A DNA stretch of 33,277 nucleotides. Origin: Octopus bimaculoides. Taxonomy: Eukaryota. The notes under the pieces were generated by a model. The model saw nothing but the letters and a program-made list of their open reading frames with translations. It was not told the DNA's origin and searched no databases. Position numbers and translations under genes: made by a program. Positions 22,640 through 33,277 of this stretch are shown piece by piece (position 1 is the first letter of the stretch; each line of letters begins with the position of its first letter). The stretch covers positions 74,916,658 to 74,949,934 of the forward strand of contig NC_068991.1 in the NCBI RefSeq assembly GCF_001194135.2, written 5' to 3'.

Positions 22640-22905
22640 CACACACACATGTATGTATTTGTATATGTAATGTATGTATGTGTGTACATATGTATTTGTA
22701 TGTGTAATGTATGTGTGCATGTATGTATGTATGTATGTATGTATGTATGTATGTATGTATGTATGTATTTGTATGTCATGTATGTATGTATTTGTATATG
22801 TAATGTAAGTTTGTATTTATTTATTTATGTATGTATGTGTGTGTGTATGTGTGTTTATGTATGTATTTATATATGTATGTTTGTGTATGTATGTATGTAT
22901 GTTTA
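22640..22905. repeat. Degenerate (TATG)n microsatellite
   Basis: Direct reading. Confidence 0.9.
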
Positions 22906-23242
22906 TGGAGAGAAGGAGAGGGGAGACCATTCAATGCATTCATACATATATACCTACATCTAGTATACTCACTTTGTATATATGAGAGTTACATTGACAT
23001 TTTTTTGATGACAGGGAAATAACTACACTGGAAGTTGAAAAAAAAAAAAAAGTTTAAATCTACTTATTCTGTAATCCTAATCTTTGTTCACAGTTCCTGT
23101 AGTTTTATTTGCATTTGCTTTGTACAGATATATAATTCCCATTAAAGGCATCTGATTTTCAGCTGTCAACCAACATTAGGAAAAGGTTATTCATGTGCCA
23201 GAGATATAGTCACAATATAAAACATTTCTTTTGTCACCTTAA

Positions 23243-23465
23243 CCCTTTCTCGTTACTGTATTTCTGTTGAGATGTTCTGTGTTTCTTTCAACTACTTTAA
23301 ATATTACCAAGAATTTAGTAAAATAACTTGGTTATCATTCAGCTAGTGTTAACAACATAAATTGTGACTAAGGTTTGATGGAAGATTTTAATTCAGAACT
23401 TTTGGAACCAAGACATTTGTACTACAGAGCCAGAGCCGGTTTCAGCCAGGTTGGTATCAAAAGGG
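23243..23465. mobile_element. piggyBac-type MITE, copy 1 of a tandem pair
   Basis: TTAA 23239-42 + CCCTTT..GTTAC; ends GGTATCAAAAGGG; colinear with 23498-23717. Confidence 0.85.
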
Positions 23466-23497
23466 CTAGGAATTGTTTCTCTATTATATATTTTAAA

Positions 23498-23717
23498 CCC
23501 TTTGTTACCATATTTCTGTTGAGATGCTCTGTGCTTCTTTCAATTTATTTTAAATATAAGAAAGAATTTAGTAAAATGACTTGGTTATCATTAAGCTGGT
23601 TTTAGAAACATTAATTGTGATTAAGGTTTGGTGGAAGATTTTAATTCAAAACTTATGGAAACAAGACATTTATACTCAGAACCAGAGGTGGTTTCAGCTG
23701 GTTTGGCAACGAAGGGG
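23498..23717. mobile_element. piggyBac-type MITE, copy 2 of a tandem pair
   Basis: CCCTTTGTTACCA...TGGCAACGAAGGGG + TTAA 23718-21. Confidence 0.85.
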
Positions 23718-23981
23718 TTAAAATAGTCATCAGAAATAAATAAAGGCCATAAGCAGTACAGTAACAGAAAAACAATTCCATGCAGTCATCGTTGCAAAGC
23801 AGTCACTCATAAAAGTTTATATTTTATTAAAATTCATCTTTTATCTTTGTTTTTGCATCTGGTTGGCAAAATTCTTGATGTGAACTCATGTGTTGAAGCA
23901 AACCGTGTTGTGTCTGGGGAGAGTCATATTGTCATAATTCCTTATTATCTAACACACACACTGGTTTAATTTCCACTCATT

Positions 23982-24355
23982 TATTACCTCCGCCTTAGCG
24001 AAGGCGGAGGTATTGTTTTCAGTCATGTTTGTTTGTTTGTTTGTCTGTGGACAAGAAATCTCAAGAACCACTGGGATGGATTCATATGAAACTTTCAGGG
24101 ATGTTTGGCCTCATGAATAGCACAGACTGATTAGATTTTGGGATCGATCTGGTACTGGACAAGGATACTGGATTATTTTTCATGTTTTTTTAACTTAATT
24201 TTTGAGAGCGGTCGGGTTCATTTTTAATATTCTCGTTTGTGAGAGCAGTCGAGTCTATTTCAGACATTCTCATTTTAAAAATCATCTCCAGCTAATTGTT
24301 GAGACGACGTTGGTGTTGCCTTGGCAGAGGTTTGCACTCTCTGAGTGCTCTTGTT
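23982..24355 (+). mobile_element. Non-autonomous Helentron (DINE-1/HINE-like) element
   Basis: 5' hairpin ACCTCCGCCTT-AGCG-AAGGCGGAGGT (11-bp stem), (GTTT)n tract, 3' sub-TIR CCTTGGCAGAGGT, 3' hairpin GCACTC-TCT-GAGTGC, T-rich ends. Confidence 0.8.
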
Positions 24356-24544
24356 ATTTATATTTTTCCTTCCAAAATCTTCATTACCATCCATTGATAA
24401 GGTTGCAAAAGCAACAAAAATTTTGGAAGAAAAAATATAAATAATAAATGAGTGGAAACTGAACCAGTGCGTGTGTCAGATGATAAGGCATTAAGACAAT
24501 ATGACTCTCCCCAGACACAACATCATTTATCTCTTTACTGCCAA

Positions 24545-24730
24545 ACTCAACTGAGACCATTCTACGACACAAACTTCCTGTTTTAAAGTGATCTAAATTA
24601 AAACCTTTCATTAAAATTCCATGTTAATTTAGATTTCAAACACCAGCTTAATAACGACAAAGTTATTTTTTTTCTAAATTCTTCATTATTTTCAAAACCA
24701 ATTAAAACAATAGCAGCGTTGTTGACGTCA
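24545..24730. mobile_element. Fragment of the MITE family seen at 19990-20197
   Basis: Shared ACAAACTTCC(T/C)GTTTTAAAGT..CAAACAC(C/T)AGCTTAATAA..CTAAATTCTT. Confidence 0.7.
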
Positions 24731-25336
24731 TAAGAATCTATAAACTCGAAGAGTGTGAAATAATTCTTTTTCGGAATGGTGAATCTCAAGCTGTTAACAT
24801 TGAGTCGAGCAGTTTTTGACTTTTCCTATCTAAAGGATTTTTTTACCTTATTTTTGCATGTTATTATTTATTGCTTTGTCTATTTTGGGATACACGATTC
24901 TAAAAGAAAGAAGGTGTGTATTTCCACAGAAATATTGTAGCAAAAGACCCTGAAAATTTTGAATATTGTTGAATGCCATTTGAAACTCTATTTACAAGAA
25001 CTATGAACACCTGGAGTGGCTCCTTAAATTTAATCAAATAATTAGAGTATATCTAATTATTTAACATTAATATTTCCATGTCTAAAATCTACAGCAACAT
25101 CAAATATTCTGAAGTTATTTTCCCTGCAAGGGTTAGTCTTGTGGGTCACATGACAGTCTATCCCACTTTAAGTCATACTTGGTATGATTCCCTTTTGAGG
25201 TATTATTTCACCGTTTGATGTTTAGATGCTCTTTCTGCCACCAATCCTTTTAGTTCCCTCGTACGACACTCAGGAATATTGTGCACCTTTTCTAAATCTA
25301 GGGTACCTGTACTAATGTTTGAAACATGTAAAATTA

Positions 25337-25748
25337 TACTCTTTTACTCTTTTACTTGTTTCAGTCATTTGACTGCGGCCATGCTGGAGCACCGCCTTTT
25401 AGTCAAGCAAATCAACCACAGGACTTATTCTTTGGAAGCCTAGTACTTATTCTATCAGTCTCTTTCGCCGAACCGCTAAGTTACAGGGACGTAAACACAC
25501 CAGCATCGGTTGTCAAGTGATGTTGGGGGGGGGGACAAACACAGACACACAAACACACACACACAGACATATATATACATATATACGACGGGTTTTGTTC
25601 AGTTTCCGTCTACCAAATCCACTCACAAGGCTTTGGTCGGCCCGAGACTATAGTAGAAAATACTTGCCCAAGGTGCCACGCAGTAGGAATGAACCCGAGC
25701 CATGTGGTTGGTAAGCAAACTACTTACCACACAGCCACTCCTCCGCCT
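25337..25748 (-). mobile_element. F1 tRNA-derived SINE, full length, relatively young
   Basis: Reverse complement shows A-box TGGCTGTGTGG, B-box GGGTTCATTCC and a (GAGTAAAA)n tail. Colinear with 32213-32623. Confidence 0.92.
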
Positions 25749-26023
25749 ATATTTTTGTCTAATAATAACAAAATATTTATCCAGAACAGGACTTCGTTCC
25801 ATCCTTTTATATTTTGTATCCAAACACCGATAGGGGATTTATTTTATAAACAGCACCAGTAATACAATACTGTCAGTGTAATGGCAAGATTTTTCACTGA
25901 CTTAAGGCAGCTTTAGATGGAAGGCACCTCCCCCATTTTAATCTCTATACAAATACTAACATATGTCTCAACAATACACCTGATGTCCCGCACCCCCACT
26001 TCCTTCATTTTTTTTTTTTTTCC

Positions 26024-26235
26024 TTTTCTACTCTAGGCACAAGGCCTGAAATTTTTGGGTAGGGGTCCAGTCGATATGATTGATCCCAATACACAACTGA
26101 TACTTAATTTATCGACCCCGAAAAAATGAAAGGCACACTTGACCTTGGCGGAATTTGAACTCAGAATGTAAAGACAAACGAAATACTGCCAAGCATTTCG
26201 CCCGGCTTGCTAACGATTCTGCCAGCTCACTGCCT
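26024..26235 (-). mobile_element. F3 tRNA-derived SINE, full length
   Basis: Reverse complement AGGCAGTGAGCTGGCAGAATCGTTAGC..GAGTTCAAATTCCGCC..GTGCCTAGAGTAGAAAAG. Confidence 0.9.
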
Positions 26236-27010
26236 CCTTTCCTTCCTTCCTTTTTTTTTTCCATTGAAAGACTTATTCACGGTTCACGTCCTCTGCATAG
26301 TCCAAGTGCTCTTTGTGCACCTTCAGCTACACTCTCTGATGAGTCGTAATGCATCTGAGCACTATACAATAAGTTCATTATTATTACGCGTACACTATCC
26401 ATGTTTCCTATTTTGGAAACATTTTCTCTTCCTTCATGTGAAAGCACGAAAAACCGTCTCTTAGTTCATAATCCCTTTCTTTTTCGCTTTTGAAACTAAA
26501 ATTTCCCTATTTTAGTTATAATTCTGCTTTCTTTCACTAAATCTTTTTCTATGCATTCTGGAAAATTAAAAATATTTTTCGTTCTTAATGCATCTTGTAT
26601 ACCATTATATTAAATTTGCTACATTAATGACAATTGAACTAACTTTTAGATAACAAAGTTATCTCATTTTTTGGCTTGATAAAATGAGCATGCCAAACTG
26701 AATTTCATAAAGTTAATTTTATGGAATCATTTTTTTTTATGGTATCGTACTGTTTTTTTTGTCTTTTGGTAGTTATTGATATCCTGAAGATATACTGGAT
26801 GCCATTTTTTTCTTTTCTTACTTGGCACAAAGCTAATTATTTTTAATAGAATGTTCTATAATCAATTAAATTAAAATCTAGAATGTGACTGATCCTTGTT
26901 TTATTATTTTGTTGATATTAACAGGGATTTTTCTCCAATTATTTTGGGACCACTTTAAGTATTTAGTTCAGCTCTCTAGGCCTTTCCATTTAATGTTTTG
27001 AAAGTCTTCA

Positions 27011-27430
27011 GGTGTAGGCATGGCTGTGCGGTTCAGAAGCTCACTTTGCAACCATGTGATTTGGGGTTCAATCCCACTGTGCAGCACCATGAGCAAATGT
27101 CTTCTATAGCCCTAGGCAAACCAGTGTGAGTCCATTTGGTGGATGGAAACTGTGAAAGCCTGATATACATATATATTTATGTGTGTGTGTGTATGTGTGA
27201 GTATGTATTTGTGCTTGTGTTTGCCCCCTCCTTCATCACTTGAAGACCTGTGTTGGTTTGTTTACGTCCCTGTGATGCAGCAGTTTGGCAAGGTGTACTG
27301 ATAGATTAGGTAGCAAACATAGAAAATAAGCACTGGGGTTGATTTGTTCGGCTAAACTGCTAAACACTTCAAGGTGGTACCCCAACATGGTCACGGTCCA
27401 ATGCCTGAAACAAAGAAAAAATAAAAAAGA
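27011..27430 (+). mobile_element. F1 SINE, full length, diverged
   Basis: GGTGTAGGCATGGCTGTGCGG (A-box), GGGGTTCAATCCC (B-box), central TG tract and A-rich tail. Confidence 0.88.
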
Positions 27431-27497
27431 TTTAAAGATTATTTGAGATTGGTCAGCACAAGTGAAAACCAGGAAGAGACATAGCATATTATTTTAA

Positions 27498-27683
27498 TTC
27501 TTTTGTTTCAGTCATTTGACTGCGGCCATGCTGGAGTACCACCTTTAGTTGAGCAAATGACCCCAGGACTTATTCTTTGTAAACCTAGTACTTATTCTAT
27601 CAGTCTCTTTTGCCAAACTGCTGGGTTACAGGGGACGCAAACACACCAGCATCAGGTGTCAAGTGATGTTGGACACACGCAGA
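27498..27683 (-). mobile_element. F1 SINE 3' half
   Basis: Closely similar to 25350-25540. Confidence 0.88.
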
Positions 27684-27702
27684 CCCCCCCCCCACACACG
27701 CA

Positions 27703-28167
27703 ATCATCATTGTCGTTTAACGTCTGCCTTCCATGCTGGCATGGGTGGGACAGTTTGACTTGAACCAGCTAGGCAGAGGCCTGCACCAGACTTCTGTGAC
27801 TGTTTTGGCAGGACTTTTACAGCTGGATGCCCTTCCTAATGCCAACCACTCAGCAGAGTGGACTCAGTGCTTCTTACATGGCACCAATACAGGTGAGATC
27901 AGTTTTGGCAAGGTTTTTACAGCTGGATGCCGTTCTAAACACCAACCACTTTATAGTGTGGAGTGGGTGTTTTTGAGTGGCACCTGCACTGACAGTGTTA
28001 CCAAGTATCTTACAAGACAAAGGGAAAAAAAATCTTTGAAGAAGGGAGGGTGCATTGGAGGAGGTGACCTTGTGTCGGATGATGAAAAGTTATAGTGAGA
28101 GAGAGAGACAGAAACAGGTGTCTTGCTGTAGAGGAGGTACAAGGTTACCCGGCCGGAGGGAGAGAGA

Positions 28168-28205
<38 letters not shown>

Positions 28206-28580
28206 TCAGGAATGAAGACAGAAATAGGTGTGCTGCCGCAAAGGAGACTCATCGTTACCCAACCTGAAGGAAGTGCAGGGGAAGGAGAGAGAGAGAGTGG
28301 GAGATAGCAAAATGCCAGGCCTACTCATAGGGGACAGGGATTAGAGTATAAATAGGATGGTTGAGTAAAGGAAGAGAAAGATATAGATGGTGGCAAGTGC
28401 CAGAGCATACCCTTGAAGTTCAAATGCCAGGAGATTGTGAAGGAAGTGTGATTAAAGAGTACAGAGGTGAGGGGAAGTGAGTGGCAAAATCTGGGTATAT
28501 ATAGTGTCAGGGAGCTGCTGGATAGCAGTGACACAGAGGAAATTTGGTGGTCAGGGTGTAGTTGGTGGCATTGACTCAAA
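27703..28580 (-). mobile_element. F2 long-subfamily element with duplicated core and internal (GA)n
   Basis: Tail GTTTAACGTCTGCCTTCCATGCTGGCATGGG; core CAGCTGGATGCC appears twice (~27820, ~27920). 5' boundary approximate. Confidence 0.75.
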
Positions 28581-28588
28581 TGTTTCAT

Positions 28589-28727
28589 GGGTACTTAATT
28601 TATTGACCCCAAAATGATGAAAGGCAAAGTTGACCTCAGTGGAATTTGAACTCAAAATGTAGTGACAGGCAAAATACCACTAAGCATTTCTCCCAGCATG
28701 CTAATGATTCTGCCAGCTCACTGCCTT
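28589..28727 (-). mobile_element. F3 SINE 5' part
   Basis: Colinear with 26099-26235. Confidence 0.88.
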
Positions 28728-28765
28728 GAGAATAATGATAATGATGACAATAATAATAATAATAA

Positions 28766-29218
28766 TCATCATCGTTTAACGTCCGCTTTCCATGCTAGCA
28801 TGGGTTGGACGATTTGACTGAGGACTGGTGAAACCGGATGGCAACACCAGGCTCCAGTCTAATTTGGCAGAGTTTCTACAGCTGGATGCCCTTCCTAACG
28901 CCAACCACTCAGAGAGTGTAGTGGGTGCTTTTACATGTCACCCGCACGAAAACGGCCACGCTTGAAATGGTGTCTTTTATGTGCCACCCGCACAAGCCAG
29001 TCCAGGGGCACTGGCAACGATCTCACTTGAAAATCCTACGGGAGCCAGTCAGGCGGTACTGGCAACGGCCACGCTCAAAATGGTGCATCTCATGTGCCAC
29101 CCGCACAAGAACCAGTCCAGGGGCACTGGCAACGATCTTACTTGGCTTGCCGGGTCTTCTCACGCACAGCACATTTCCAAAGGTCTCGGTCAGTAGTCAT
29201 CGCCTCGGTGAGGCCCAA
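28766..29218 (-). mobile_element. F2 SINE, full length, young, with internal tandem duplication, flanked by (TAA)n
   Basis: Tail CATCATCGTTTAACGTCCGCTTTCCATGCTAGCATGGGTTGGAC; core; ~113-bp internal duplication; 5' end GCCTCGGTGAGGCCCAA. Confidence 0.92.
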
Positions 29219-29287
29219 TAATAATAATAATAATAATAAAAATGATGATGATGATGATTATAATAATAGTAATGATAATGATAATAT

Positions 29288-29560
29288 GCCTGGCTATGGA
29301 AAAGGAAGACGGTGAAGATAGCGCCAATTATTGTTGGGTTCTTGGGGATAATATCAGAAGGCATCAAGAGGAATATAAAGGAAACTGGAACAGAGTGTCC
29401 AGTAGAACTGTAACAAAAGGTTTGCCTCCTTGGAACGACCAGAATAATCAGGAAAGTATTGGATAGCTGAAAAGAATGGATAGCATGGTACCGTAGGCTG
29501 CAGGTAGTAAACCCGTTATGCATGCAAGACTCCAGGAGTTCCAACAAAACCTGTGATAAA
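29288..29560 (+). mobile_element. Second 5'-truncated R4/Dong-type LINE 3' end (different family)
   Basis: Frame 29291-29470 reads WLWKRKTVKIAPIIVGFLGIISEGIKRNIKETGTECPVEL*QKVCLLGTTRIIRKVLDS*, the RLE-LINE C-terminal pattern (W...V...P.IVG.LG ... QK..LLGT.RI.R.VL). 3' UTR extent approximate. Confidence 0.8.
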
Positions 29561-30254
29561 CAGAAAATATTTATTACCGTTTTAATGTCCTGTGAGTTGG
29601 TTTCTAGATGATGACTTGGCTGTGGTGCATGTTGGGTGTCTGACACAATACTGCAGCCACCTTCTTGCTCTCTTGTTAATCAGCTGGGAGAAGTCACCGT
29701 AGTGGTGCTCTTTGGTAATTTTCTATATCCGCATTATGTTGGGGGCTATTGGAGGAATCCACATGCAGTCGATAATGAGATACTTGACCCAGGATTTTGT
29801 GAGGGTCCAAGATTGTTGCTATGAAGATTCACTTCTTAATTTGGAGGTTCAAATATTCTACATATCATTCTGAGTTACCCAAACAAGTCTTCTATGGACC
29901 TTGATATTCCTGAAAAGTGATATAAATTTTGTATGCTGGTATGTTGTTTAACCCCAGGCCTTTCCCATTTGTGGACTAGATTAAAGACATTTCAAATATG
30001 ATCATTATCTTTTATTGAAATATAGTTTATCTAGAACCACATCACCTAGAAAGTCCTTTCTTTTTGATTTCTTTCTTTGAGAGAGCAAAAGTGTGATTTT
30101 GAGAGAAATTTGGTTGTTTTCTCTCCTTTCTTGATTTAAATCTCAAATGTTTTTCAAAATATTTAATTAATTGTATATGAACCTTTGAAAGTATTAATTA
30201 CACTTGTTGGTAGAATCTATAGAATACATGTGTGTTTGTGTGTGGTTATATATA

Positions 30255-30319
30255 NNNNNNNNNNNNNNNNNNNNNNNNNNNNNNNNNNNNNNNNNNNNNN
30301 NNNNNNNNNNNNNNNNNNN
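30255..30319. other. Assembly gap within (TA)n
   Basis: N run. Confidence 1.
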
Positions 30320-30600
30320 ATATATATACACACACACACACATACCTACATACATATATATGTGTGTGTGTGTGTGTGCGTGTGACTTCCTGAATGTATG
30401 TAGTAATGTGTATTATTTCTACATCATTGATTTAGGAATATAATTTATTGCTGTGGTTTGTTTGTTTTAAAAATTTTTTTGGGGGGGGAAGAAAAGCATT
30501 AAAAAGAATAAACAGATTCAGAAAAGGCCATTGGATAAATTCCAAAGTTTCAAAGCTTAGAATTAAAACTTTTCCACATGTGAAGCCATTCTGTTAAGTT

Positions 30601-30613
30601 GTTATTGTTATTA

Positions 30614-30667
<54 letters not shown>
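30601..30667. repeat. (TTA)n microsatellite
   Basis: Direct reading. Confidence 0.95.
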
Positions 30668-30668
<1 letters not shown>

Positions 30669-31836
30669 TAATGTTTGACAGAAGTTAGGTTTGTAATTAG
30701 AGAAACTGTAAACTCCATGTCTTCAAATGAGGTTACTTTTCTTATTGAGGTAGTTAGTAATTGGTAGTAATTGATTGAAGATTTACTCAAAGTACGGGAG
30801 ATTAGTGTAACAAATAGCCAATCAGAACGAAGAGTAAAATGCAATGCCATACAGAAGATACAATTGTATTCTCATTGCGTTTATATTCATCATGATAATC
30901 AGACAATTTAATCGTTATTAATTTGAATGCATTTTGAAAGTAACTCTATAAAAATAGCCAAAAAAAAAACAAGAAGAAATATCTGCACAATATTTTTTTT
31001 TTCAAAACTATTGTGGTAAAAAGTAAAATAAAATTTATTTTTTCATTTACTTAATTTAATTAAAAATTTTTTATTTTGTTTGTTTGTTAGTTAAGGTCTT
31101 TTTATGTTGAGTTGAGATTCGTTTGAGTGAATACAAACAGCAATATTTGTTGGGAATTTTCATATCTCTTCTTTTTTTTTTTTTCGAACAGGCACAAGGC
31201 CAAATTTTTATCATTGGGGTGTGTACAGTTTGTGTATAAATCGAATCAATTGCTCTATATTGCCAATAATATTTTTATTGAATCTGCAAGAGATAAAAGG
31301 CAAAAAATCGAAGCCCATACAATTGAAATGTCGAACATTGAGTAAATATAAGATGTAAGGGCATCTTGTTCAGCACTTCACAGTTTCATGTGTACTCCCT
31401 AAGCTAGACATCACATCATTAAACAAAATAAATCAATAAAGAGACAGATAAACTAAAATAATCAGCTGTTGGTGCTATTTATCCCAGGGTCATCCTTGAA
31501 TGAGCACAAGTAGAGTTATGACCAATGGCGTTTGAGAACTGACCGACCTTGTTTGCTCATGTTTCTTTTCTTCTCAAGTGTAATATGTCCCAAACCACAT
31601 TATGGAAAATTTACATTTTTACTTGTTGGAGTCATTGGACTGTGGCAATGCTGGCCCACCACCATGAAGGGTTTAGTTGAGTCATTAAGGGCTCCAATAA
31701 TCGTTATTTTTCCATTTTAAGACTGCTGCTGATTCTAGTAATTCCTTTTGCCAAACTGTTAATTTACAGGGTGGCTTGGAGAAACTAACACAACTTTGCA
31801 AGCTGTAACATTGGTACAAACACAAAGACACACGTA

Positions 31837-32005
31837 NNNNNNNNNNNNNNNNNNNNNNNNNNNNNNNNNNNNNNNNNNNNNNNNNNNNNNNNNNNNNNNN
31901 NNNNNNNNNNNNNNNNNNNNNNNNNNNNNNNNNNNNNNNNNNNNNNNNNNNNNNNNNNNNNNNNNNNNNNNNNNNNNNNNNNNNNNNNNNNNNNNNNNNN
32001 NNNNN
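31837..32005. other. Assembly gap
   Basis: N run. Confidence 1.
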
Positions 32006-32163
32006 TCACATAATGGGCTTCCACTTAGTTTCCATCAACCAGAATCATTCACAAGGCATTGGTTGTCCCAGGGTTATATTGGGCTTGGATGTCATACAAT
32101 GGGATTGAACCTGAAGCCATGTGGTTACAAAGTGGACTACTAATCAAAACACAGCTATGTCTA
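32006..32163 (-). mobile_element. F1 SINE 5' part (decayed); a 3' tail fragment lies at ~31615-31690
   Basis: Reverse complement TAGACATAGCTGTG..CCACATGGCTTCAGGTTCAATCCC..GCCTTGTGAATG..GGAAACTAAG. Confidence 0.7.
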
Positions 32164-32212
32164 CTTATGTCTTCATTTTGGTTTTTCTTTAAAACAAAAC
32201 AAAGAAACCATA

Positions 32213-32623
32213 GGCGTAGGAGTGGCTGTGTGGTAAGTAGCTTGCTTACCAACCACATGGTTCTGGGTTCAGTCTCACTGCATAACATCTTGGGCAAGTG
32301 TCTTCTACTATAGCCTTGGGCCGACCAAAGCCTTGTGAGTGGATTTGGTAGATGGAAACTGAAAGAAGCCTATCATATATATGTATATATAAGTGTGTGT
32401 ATTTGTATATGTTAGTGCATTTGTGTTTGTCCCCCCACCATTGCTTGACAACCAATGTCGATGTGTTTAAATCTCTGCAACTTTGCAGTTCGGCAAAAGA
32501 GAATAATAAAATAAGTACTAGGCTTATAAAGAATAAGTCCTGGGGTGGATTTATTCTACTAAAGGCGGTGCTCCAGAATGGCCACAGTCAAATGCTTGAA
32601 ACAAATAAAAGAATAAAAGAATA
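32213..32623 (+). mobile_element. F1 tRNA-derived SINE, full length (reference copy)
   Basis: A-box TGGCTGTGTGG 32223-33, B-box GGTTCAGTCTC 32266-76, central TA/TG tract and (GAATAAAA)n tail. Possibly one of the described octopus OK/OR1/OR2 SINEs (not verified). Confidence 0.92.
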
Positions 32624-33078
32624 GTAGGATGCAATTTGAGAGAAGCTTGGCTGCTATGTCTGGCAGGTCTACCAATTGCTTAGATATTTCCTCGCTGGCT
32701 TCAAATGGTCAGAAAAGAAATTTCCCCAGAAAATATGGAATAGAATGAACTGTATTCTACTCATTACCTATTCAATAAGTAAAGTTTTATTATCTTCTCA
32801 ATTATTTTCAAGCTTTATATTACGTTGCAATAATATTTTTTTGATATATGTTGGTTGTTTGTTGGCAACCAAATAGCTTTTTGAATCGATGGAAATATTG
32901 AGCAGCAGATAAGAGGCTGTTAGTTACCTGTTCAAATAAAATTATTATTGGTAAAAATTGGTTTCACTGGGTATCAATAGGAAGAACATGCTTTCTACTC
33001 CCTTATTGATTTTATTGACAAATGAATAATATTTTGTTTGTATGTCCATGTTTTTGTGCATCTGTACAAGTTGTGTGT

Positions 33079-33083
33079 GAGAG

Positions 33084-33165
<82 letters not shown>

Positions 33166-33210
33166 CAATGTATAAAAGAATATAAACAGTATATATATAT
33201 ATATATATAT
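33079..33210. repeat. Compound (GA/CT)(TA)(TG)n dinucleotide microsatellite
   Basis: Direct reading. Confidence 0.93.
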
Positions 33211-33277
33211 ATTGGGAAAAGGTGGATTTGTGTATTTGCATATGTGTATACACACACACATGCACAGACATACAGAT

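Noticed and set aside
26336-26370. Third hammerhead (CTGATGA)
   Set aside because: No stem II followed by GAAA downstream.
30826-30840. Promoter CCAAT box (AGCCAATCAG)
   Set aside because: Isolated short motif with no TSS, CpG-rich region or gene evidence.
32213-32290. tRNA gene (also at the heads of other F1 and F3 copies)
   Set aside because: A and B boxes are present but no full cloverleaf, and each continues into a repeated SINE body.
1-33277. ORFs from the six-frame track as protein-coding genes
   Set aside because: Almost all are translations of microsatellites, N-gaps or SINEs (poly-H, D, T, CV, YI, X). None shows a recognisable host domain with splice structure.

Overview
AT-rich, repeat-dense eukaryotic non-coding DNA (intergenic or intronic) with five N-gaps and many microsatellites. 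The SINE and MITE repertoire resembles an octopus/cephalopod genome; this is inferred from repeat types and was not checked against a database. No host protein-coding gene, tRNA, rRNA or CRISPR array is supportable, and nearly all ORFs in the track are microsatellite or gap artefacts. Contents: (i) about 25 copies or fragments of three SINE-like families (F1 ~410 bp tRNA-headed; F2 with a GGAAGGGCATCCAG core and (GAT)n tail; F3 ~210 bp tRNA-headed); (ii) TTAA/CCCTTT piggyBac-type MITEs, a DINE-1/Helentron-like element, and Tc2-like and hAT-like ends; (iii) LINE relics: two R4/Dong-type restriction-like-endonuclease 3' ends in trinucleotide microsatellites, a C2H2 zinc-finger-bearing LINE 3' end and a very decayed RTE-like RT; (iv) two hammerhead-ribozyme-like motifs. 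The most notable structure is 3070-3633: a 352-bp partially tandem unit carrying a type I hammerhead-like motif, preceded by a 169-bp inverted copy that starts 1 nt from the predicted self-cleavage site. This is the architecture expected of a Penelope pseudo-LTR or retrozyme-like self-cleaving retroelement.
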